Virus record (IMG/VR): IMGVR_UViG_3300005095_000031
Length of the DNA stretch: 20,000 nucleotides
DNA from: an uncultured virus (IMG/VR IMGVR_UViG_3300005095_000031)
Taxonomy: Duplodnaviria > Heunggongvirae > Uroviricota > Caudoviricetes
Reading direction: 5' to 3' (one strand)
Part shown: piece after piece, positions 1-7,600 of the stretch
How the letters are laid out: the number at the start of each line of letters is the position of its first letter
Position numbering within the stretch: the stretch's first letter is position 1
Notes under the pieces: generated by a model
Seen by the model: only the letters and a program-made list of their open reading frames with translations
What the model was told of the DNA's origin: nothing
Databases searched by the model: none
Made by a program: the position numbers and the translations under genes

Positions 1-191
1 AAGAGTCTACCGTCATGCTTTACAGCATCTTCGGTAATGCCCTTCTCTCTCATAACATCGAACGTGTCGATAACGTCTCCGTACCCTACAGGGTTTGCCT
101 CAAGATATCCTTTTGCCCAATCGAAAAGAGAAATCTCTTCCTCGCCACTTTTGTCATCAAAGATGACCGATCTTTCTGAGACTACTCTCAT
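1..191 (-). CDS. Hypothetical protein, 3'-truncated by window edge (MRVVSERSVIFDDKSGEEEISLFDW...)
   Basis: Not in the ORF track. ATG at 191 is preceded by AAAGGA and the frame stays open to position 1. Confidence 0.7.
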   Translation of the reverse strand, partial: MRVVSERSVIFDDKSGEEEISLFDWAKGYLEANPVGYGDVIDTFDVMREKGITEDAVKHDGRL

Positions 192-211
192 GTTTCTTTC
201 CTTTCAGCAGC

Positions 212-541
212 CTACGCCGCCATCACTTTTCTCCTGAAGGCACGAATAACGCAATCCTCATTCTCCTTGATCCTCTTGATGATCTTCTTGAAGAACTTGG
301 ATATCTTTTGATTTTCGTGCCACCTCACAACCCTACCATTCACGATTGCAACCCTTTCTCCCAGATCAATCTCTACGCAATCGAATCTGCTTCTGAGCAT
401 ATCGGCAAAGTCTCCGTAGTCAACCTCGGCAACAACGCCATAGTCATCAACAAGCTCTACTGAGTATCCTCCTACAAACTCGATAGCGTACTTAGGGCTT
501 CCGCAGACAACATCTGCAAATACCATCTCTACAGAGTTCAC
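212..541 (-). CDS. Hypothetical protein (109 aa)
   Basis: ORF overlaps the ligase stop (ATGA-type coupling) in a co-oriented gene run. Confidence 0.75.
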   Translation of the reverse strand: MNSVEMVFADVVCGSPKYAIEFVGGYSVELVDDYGVVAEVDYGDFADMLRSRFDCVEIDLGERVAIVNGRVVRWHENQKISKFFKKIIKRIKENEDCVIRAFRRKVMAA

Positions 542-1206
542 TTGAAGTCCTTGTATTTGATTTTTGTGATAATCCTATTCCCCATCCTGTCGAGGAGTCC
601 GCCAGCAGGAGTTCCAACGATTCCTTCTGCCTTGAAGTCTCCAAAAGCCGAAATCATCTCGTCTCCGGCTTCAGATTCAAGGCGGATGGCATCAACCGCA
701 TCGCTCAGAGACATGCGCTTCACGACCGGAACACACCTCATGTTGAGCTTTTTTGCGATTTGCTCTACGCTTTCGTGCTTCAGCCATACGCCGTTGACGA
801 TGGCATCAAACAGAATCACCTCATAGTCATCGAAACCATGCTTTCCTTTCTGAATCTTCTCTCCAACGCCTTCTCCGTACAGAACAACGGATTCGGCTTT
901 TTCAAACATATCCAGAAGGGTGTCGATGTTTTCGTACTCCCAGTTGTTGTACCAGTCTTGAAGAGGCTTCGGAATCTCAGCATTGTCGCTCTTGCCCTTG
1001 AAATCAACCTCCCAGGTATCAGGATTAACGATAATCCTAACGTTCATACCGTCAACTTTTTCCTTCCACTCCCACTCCACATCAGCAAGAGCCTTGAAGT
1101 TGGGATCGGCCCATTTTCCGACGATAAAATCGCCCTTCTTGTGTTCTCCGTCACTCTTTTCGTAACGCTTGAACACGCCATTGATTTTGTGATATTTCAT
1201 ATACAC
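538..1206 (-). CDS. ATP-dependent RNA ligase (Rnl2-like adenylyltransferase domain)
   Basis: Nucleotidyltransferase motifs in order: I KEKVDGMN, III LYGE, IIIa FDA, IV EGIV, V KIK. No OB-fold C-terminus as in DNA ligases. AAAGGAG lies just upstream. Confidence 0.85.
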   Translation of the reverse strand: MYMKYHKINGVFKRYEKSDGEHKKGDFIVGKWADPNFKALADVEWEWKEKVDGMNVRIIVNPDTWEVDFKGKSDNAEIPKPLQDWYNNWEYENIDTLLDMFEKAESVVLYGEGVGEKIQKGKHGFDDYEVILFDAIVNGVWLKHESVEQIAKKLNMRCVPVVKRMSLSDAVDAIRLESEAGDEMISAFGDFKAEGIVGTPAGGLLDRMGNRIITKIKYKDFK

Positions 1207-1382
1207 TCCTTTTGTCCTATACAGGACTTAATTTTTGCGCTAGGCTCGCTATACCCCGCAAAATACCGCCAGTGAACGCAAAGATTTATTGCACAAAAAC
1301 AAACACCGTATACAGTTGATATATCCAATGTTGTTTCTATGAAAAAACCTTTATCTAGATAGGGGCAAAACCGCACTTTAGG

Positions 1383-1748
1383 CTATACAGCCTTATTTAT
1401 TTTCCTTGATATTACCCCATTTGATTTTGAAACAAGTCCGCTGTTGCCATAGGACGAGTTTTCCTGCAGCCACCTGATGCACTCTTCTTCGATGTTATAC
1501 ATACTTACTCCTGTAAGTTTCCTTTTTATCCTTTTGAATATGCAAGTTCTTATACTCAGGCTAGATACCACAAACCCAAACCCAATAGCGAGTATTGCTG
1601 CATACAATATCATATCATCAGATATTGCTATTGAGTTTCTTTTGCAATAATTCCTTGCTTTACGGATCAGGAAATTCTTAGAGCTTGAATAATCGATAGA
1701 GATACCTTCTTCTTCGAAGACTCTCTTTACTTCCTCTAGTGGGCACAT
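1383..1748 (-). CDS. Hypothetical protein with one hydrophobic segment (likely start MCPLEEVKR)
   Basis: GGAGG SD before the ATG at 1748. The longer track start would overlap the upstream gene. Hydrophobic stretch ILYAAILAIGFGFVVSSL. Confidence 0.6.
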   Translation of the reverse strand: MCPLEEVKRVFEEEGISIDYSSSKNFLIRKARNYCKRNSIAISDDMILYAAILAIGFGFVVSSLSIRTCIFKRIKRKLTGVSMYNIEEECIRWLQENSSYGNSGLVSKSNGVISRKINKAV

Positions 1749-1761
1749 TAAGGCCTCCTCC

Positions 1762-2115
1762 TTACCTAGGTTCGCACTTGTACACCTGATGCGACTGTCC
1801 ATACTTGATAGGCATAAGAATGTAGTCATTGTAGTAAAGCAAGACCTTGTCGTTGTTGCGAACGCAATCCACGACATCCTTGCTTGTTGCAGTAAACTTC
1901 CATTTCTCTACTCCACCTTCAGGAGCAATCCCCACAGGGAACCACCCTTCCCATGTTTTCCAGATGATACCTTTATTCGATATCTTCACGTTCTTTGCGT
2001 GAATCGTTCCTTCACTGAGTTTGTATATAGGCCCAGGACCAAAAAGCATCCAGCCCCAAAGAATAATATTTCCCAAAACAAACCCAATGATTACGGGAAT
2101 AGCGTTTTTAGTCAT
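1762..2115 (-). CDS. Membrane-anchored hypothetical protein (KGxxxKTWEG-like motif)
   Basis: N-terminal TM segment IPVIIGFVLGNIILWGWMLF. GAGGA SD. Overlaps the upstream gene stop. Confidence 0.8.
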   Translation of the reverse strand: MTKNAIPVIIGFVLGNIILWGWMLFGPGPIYKLSEGTIHAKNVKISNKGIIWKTWEGWFPVGIAPEGGVEKWKFTATSKDVVDCVRNNDKVLLYYNDYILMPIKYGQSHQVYKCEPR

Positions 2116-2521
2116 TGAATTCCTCCTCGTTGACTTCTTTAGGCATCAAGATACCTTTATTTTTGAAGACAAACCTCAACGGTTCACGTTCGCCATCGGA
2201 ATTGAAAACATCAGGATATACAGGAAGCAAGACCTCATTGTAGTACTCTGACCACTTGTCAGAAATCTCTGACCAGTACTCGATTCCTTCATCTGAAGCA
2301 GACCAAGAAGACATCGCAATGATAAACTGATCCTTGAATTTGATTACGACATCTGAAGTGTCATCTGCTCCAATATCCACGAGGGTCCTGGAAAACATCT
2401 CTGCAAATCTTCTTGGATCAATATTCTCTTTTTTCACGAATGACTCGATATGCTTTCTCAGTTCTTCCCTATAGTCCTTCTCTCCAGCTCTTGTGTAGAG
2501 CTTTGCATACGGCTCAACCAT
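2108..2521 (-). CDS. Hypothetical protein (137 aa)
   Basis: Overlaps both neighbours in a tightly packed co-oriented run. Confidence 0.8.
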   Translation of the reverse strand: MVEPYAKLYTRAGEKDYREELRKHIESFVKKENIDPRRFAEMFSRTLVDIGADDTSDVVIKFKDQFIIAMSSWSASDEGIEYWSEISDKWSEYYNEVLLPVYPDVFNSDGEREPLRFVFKNKGILMPKEVNEEEFND

Positions 2522-2957
2522 GAATCACCACCTGCGCTTCCCTTTCTCCAAACTCTTCATAAAGAGAGTCAACATTGTCCATTTCTTCAAGGACCTTCCT
2601 ATAGTCATCGATGTCTCTCTGGATGACTGTTTTTCCAGTGACGGTCTTCTTCAGTACGCCTTCGAGATGATCGATCCGTGCCTGCACAATCTTTCTCATC
2701 CAGGCGGTGAAAGGCTTGTCAACCCACTGATTTTCACATGCATGGACATCGATAACGTCGAGTTCGCCCTTTTGATCCATCTCTTCGGACTCGATAACAT
2801 ACCTAACGTCGTCGGGCGACAACGGAAGAAACTCGTTCGTATCAACGATAAATGTCCCATTGTCATTGACTTCGATGACGGTGTGCTTTTCTCCGAATCC
2901 AGATCCGATAAGGTTGTCTGCGTAGGAATGAAGTACTACCATGTCTCCTGGTTTCAT
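2514..2957 (-). CDS. Hypothetical protein (147 aa)
   Basis: AAAGGAG SD upstream. First gene of the left minus-strand block. Confidence 0.8.
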   Translation of the reverse strand: MKPGDMVVLHSYADNLIGSGFGEKHTVIEVNDNGTFIVDTNEFLPLSPDDVRYVIESEEMDQKGELDVIDVHACENQWVDKPFTAWMRKIVQARIDHLEGVLKKTVTGKTVIQRDIDDYRKVLEEMDNVDSLYEEFGEREAQVVIHG

Positions 2958-3087
2958 AAAAATCTCCTTTTGGGGTTCAGTCCCAATTTTTCTTCAAAGT
3001 AATAGTAGATCTACATCCACTATAAGGCCTCTAAACCGACTATGCGTTCTATAGCTACGCACAGATACCGTGACAGAAATCACCTGT

Positions 3088-3102
3088 CAAATATATATAC
3101 CA
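3088..3102 (-). promoter_or_regulatory. Recurrent motif TGGTATATATATTTG, candidate extended -10 promoter
   Basis: Near-identical copies at 11993-12008 and 14685-14699, each upstream of minus-strand genes or tRNAs. Confidence 0.4.
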
Positions 3103-3307
3103 GAAGGATTTTATAAAGTTTGGAGGAAAGCAGGCAGCCGCACTCGGCAGCTGCCAACGGATCGGAGGAGAGTTTTAATGCGTACCACGACAAAGCGAAT
3201 TTATCTAACTACGGACATTCGTCCAAAGCTGGGGATGTGGCGTGCATCCTGGATAAGTACTTACCCAGGTGCATTGTTATTATATCAAAGAAATATAAAA
3301 ATACAAA

Positions 3308-4672
3308 TTACGGCTCCTGCCCGTATTCAACCATCCACTCTGTATAGAATGCTGCATCAAATATTTCAGGCAATGCGCTATTTAGAAGTGGAGTGGGATC
3401 AAATTCATATCCATCTTCGTTTGCATGAAGCGCTACTTGCGCCTTGTGGTATCCATTAATTGCTCTCAAGATATTTGTTACTGCCCCAAATGCATTTATA
3501 GAAGAGCCGCCAGTCATATCTCTAACATTTCCAATTGCAACCATTGCCTTATATGCAGTCATTCCTAGCGTAGAGTTTGTTAATTCATTCTTAATCCACT
3601 CAACTAATTCTGGAGCATTCCATATACCATCATCACTAAGACTTAAAGATGCAGCTAGAACTCCTATAGCATTGAATCCCTCAGTATCTCCATCAACTAC
3701 ACTGATTGTATATGGTGAAAACTTTTCATTAAGTTTTGTTAAAATTTCTGGCCTACTTGAAGATTTAAATTTATTCGCATAATAGAACATAGGGTTATAT
3801 CCCATGTCTTTCTCGTGAGATATCTCTCCTTGGTATATTCCCAAATCAAATGTTACTGACGTAGAAGAAAGGCCGTCTGCCTTAGTTACAGCTGCAGCGT
3901 TTGCTGAAATACCAATTGATGAACCGTCAACAAGACCGATAAGATCATCTATTACTCTCTCTATGGTGTCATTCGCTGACAGGATGACAAATTTGGAGAT
4001 TTCATTAGTAAGAATACCGTCTGAAGATACAGTATTGTTTGGACCAAGAATTTCATTGTATTTAGTAAGATTTACTTTTGTCCTTATAGTTTCAAATACT
4101 GTCCTTCTATCTACATCGCCATTAGAATCAGAATATCTCTTAAGAGAATACAGAAATGATCCAAGGTATGCCGGAGCATCAGGTCCGACTTGCGCCTTGA
4201 ATGTATCCTCCCCAAATTCAGAAAGGGCTTTTACAAGCTTATACTCGACCATCATATGAGCTGGTGTAGCTGTAGATGATCCTGCGCTCTGGACTACACA
4301 CCCACGCACGTAATCCATGAAGTCGTCTCCTACTGCAACCCCGACATCTGAAAAGCAAAATTCACTATCGTTTCTACCGTCATATACCATCATCTCTGCG
4401 ATGGAATATCCGGTTGAAGATTTAACCTCGTAGTTTTTAACACCATCTTTTTCTATGTTGCCGATAAACCCTACCATTTCCTTTACGGACTCTGTAGCAG
4501 TTCCTTTTCTAAGCATATCTCTATATACTGCTGCTACATATCCGAATTTGGTAAAGTCTGCAGTACTGGAATCAGTTCCATACAGGTCTTCTTCTGTACC
4601 TGGACCATCAAGGTATGCCTGAATAATTTCCGGGCGAATCTTGTCAGTAATAAAATTTACAAAATCAGTCAT
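3308..4672 (-). CDS. Hypothetical protein (454 aa), possibly virion-associated
   Basis: Long ORF with AAGGAG SD, directly downstream of the 1919-aa gene. No family recognised. Confidence 0.85.
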   Translation of the reverse strand: MTDFVNFITDKIRPEIIQAYLDGPGTEEDLYGTDSSTADFTKFGYVAAVYRDMLRKGTATESVKEMVGFIGNIEKDGVKNYEVKSSTGYSIAEMMVYDGRNDSEFCFSDVGVAVGDDFMDYVRGCVVQSAGSSTATPAHMMVEYKLVKALSEFGEDTFKAQVGPDAPAYLGSFLYSLKRYSDSNGDVDRRTVFETIRTKVNLTKYNEILGPNNTVSSDGILTNEISKFVILSANDTIERVIDDLIGLVDGSSIGISANAAAVTKADGLSSTSVTFDLGIYQGEISHEKDMGYNPMFYYANKFKSSSRPEILTKLNEKFSPYTISVVDGDTEGFNAIGVLAASLSLSDDGIWNAPELVEWIKNELTNSTLGMTAYKAMVAIGNVRDMTGGSSINAFGAVTNILRAINGYHKAQVALHANEDGYEFDPTPLLNSALPEIFDAAFYTEWMVEYGQEP

Positions 4673-4688
4673 AAAAAAATCTCCTTAT

Positions 4689-7600
4689 TTATATAATATC
4701 CCACTGGTATTTAACGTCTCTATTCTGAGATAGCGGTGCCTTCATGTCCTTCAGTAAGAATGTAATACTTTTCTTGTTTATAATCATACCCCAGTTTCCT
4801 TGACCGAGTGTTGAATCACCGCTAAATTTATCAGTCGCACTAAAAGTAACTACAGGGATAGGACCAAGTCCGCTTGAAATAATATGGCTACCAGTCACCA
4901 TCTCTGTGGCCTCTGATCCTCCATATGTTTGAACTATTGGCCAAAATGGATCTGTACCAGAATGCTTTAGTGCAAATAGAGCACCTGGCGTTCCAATACT
5001 ATGCACAACAACCTTGCCCTGCTTTGCAAGCTCATCAACAGAGTCTCCGTCCCTCGCAATCACAACATCTTGCGCACCGAGGAATTGTCCTGTGCCGCCT
5101 TCTACATACTGAGCTTTGGATACAGCCTTAACGATATCTACATCAAATACGCTAGTGTCGCCATCCCTTGAATAATCAGTAATGCCGACAAAGCTTGAGT
5201 CTGGACCTATATATATCACTTCTGTTGAACATTCAGGAATGTTGTCTTTTGTTTTCTTTTGGGCAAGAATATCCCCATTGGAATCTTGGCATCCGTCTAT
5301 AGCCCCAAGAACAGCACAGATATTAAGTATTCCTGTCTCAAGAACGCCTTCTTCTGTCAACTTAGAAATTCCGGCACGCAAAGATAAAGTTGCTGCGCCA
5401 GGAACCTCTCCATACTCCTGCTTTCCTGTATCAGGATCAATAGAATACAAGTCTGATATATTTCCAAATTCACTTGGAGAGATTCCACTTTTTACAGATG
5501 GGTTTCCAGTACATCCAACCTTTCCTATTTCTCCATCAAAGCTAAGAACAACACCTTTCCTTTCAACAATATCCACTTCTCCTGGAAGGACGGGAGCTGG
5601 TGTAGAGAATCCAACAACTTGTCCTTGAGCAGGCGTATCGTTTTTAGCGCATGGTCCATAGAATGTAAACATAAATTGTGCACTTATTGGCTGTCCGGTT
5701 GATCTGGCATGATATCTAGCTATTCCACTATCATCTGTAGTAACAACTATCTTGCCATCCATATTTGGAGATCCGCTATCTTCATCAAAATACCATTCTC
5801 CACTAACTTTATCAGGAGAATATCTTGCTGAGCTATACTCCTCTAGATACTCTATCAGGTATTCAACGCCAGGTTTTGGAGGAGTAAGTATGACTTTTCC
5901 TTCTTGTGGCTGCATATCCTGATCCAGTGGCGGAGGAGGAACAAGGATTGCAACACATGGAATATCTACCTCAGTTTTCAGTATTCCTATCTGCAATTCT
6001 TTCAATGTGTCGCTAGACCCAGCGAACTCACATCCTCCAGTATCAATGGAGACCTTGAAGTATTCTATATCACTGTTTTCATCATTATTCTGCAAAGTTG
6101 GTATCTTTATTGTAAGCAAAGATTCAGAATTGACATATATTGCTTCTCCAAAAGAAAACTGAATCTCTTCGCCGTTTATTACTACCGTACTATCAATATC
6201 ATTGTCATCTGTAGGGGTTTCTGTAGAGACATCATGATCTATCATAATTGATACTTGCTTGCTATCATCTGTTGTAAAACTAACAGATACATCAGCATCC
6301 TCACCACGCTCCACGATTGGAACGTAGTTTACTGTTGCCATACAATCAGATGTCTTGTCAATTATTATTGATGACAGTGTAGCGCTACCATCTCCGCTAC
6401 CATTAACATCTGAACACTTTTCTGAATAAACAATAAAGTCTACCTGCTCCTGTCCCTCGTCAGATCCGTCATCAATAGTTGGAAGATATATTGTCTTGGA
6501 TGTTTCTTCGGAATTAAGTGTTATTGGAAACTCAACCTCGCTATCATCATCTTTATATCTAAACGAAGAATAGTCTGAACTGTCCGTTGTGACATCAACT
6601 ATTTCTATATTTATATTCTCAGTTTGATCACCCTGAAGATATGGAGCCATTACTGTTATTTCTATATTGCCACCCTCAATAACTACGGGCGTGGCAAATG
6701 CACTAATTGAACATCCACCGTCATCAGTAATCCACATCTTACTAACTATCTCCTGCTGGGAATCTTCTGATATATTTGGGCTTGCTTCAAGAACAGATAC
6801 CACTACATCGAAATCTTCCATCTCCTCGTCACTGTCGTCTTCTTTTGTCGGAACCCTAAAAATTCTATAAGTATCTTCTGGTGTAAATTCATCAAAAAAT
6901 TCTTGAGAAAGGCTAACTTGAGTCCAATCATCACTATCGATGGATTTCATCTCAACTTCGTCTGCTAAATAATCTTCATTATTCTTGGCTGATCCGTCAA
7001 CAAGCTTTATTGAATATTTTATATAACTATCATCACAACTATTTGGAATGTTGGCAGTTATATTTATATAATGGTAGCCACCCTCCATTACAGTACTTGT
7101 AGTGTTAACAAACAATGATGATGGATCCTGTTTCGGGATAAGCGTATTCACCCTATCTCTCATCAAAATAAATTCATCTTCTCCAGTATGCTCAGGAGGA
7201 ATTGTTATATTTTCTATAACCTCAGAATACTGTTCGCTATCTTCTGTTATGTTGTCGTTTTTTACAACCTCTCTAAATGAATTGCTCCTAGTCTCACCAG
7301 CCGGGACAACCAAAGGAAGGTCTCCAACAACTTCTCCGAAGTCGTCATCATCAGTAGTGACATGCTTTCTTGCTATTACATACTCAACATCGTAGTCTAC
7401 TTTTTTTGATGTCTGAATATAGTATTCACCTGTCTCCCCACATTCGCTAGCAACAGAAGGCCCCACCAGCTCAACATATACTGGAATGATTACAAAATCA
7501 CTCCTCCTTGGAACTATCGGGACCAATGGCAATGCATTACAGTCTGGTGCAGGAAGCTCTATCGGCGATATGCCTTCAAGCCGTGGATATACTCTAATAA

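Noticed and set aside
188..214. Possible TAG recoding: reading through the TAG at 212-214 gives AAERKET and a TGA overlapping the next ATG
   Set aside because: The long ORFs (1919, 505 and 454 aa) have no in-frame TAG, other TAGs fall at sensible gene ends, and no CUA suppressor tRNA is visible. One case is compatible with chance.
3070..3459. Plus-strand ORF with a GGAGG before an internal ATG (3178)
   Set aside because: It runs antisense into the 454-aa gene and has no recognisable protein features, so support is insufficient.
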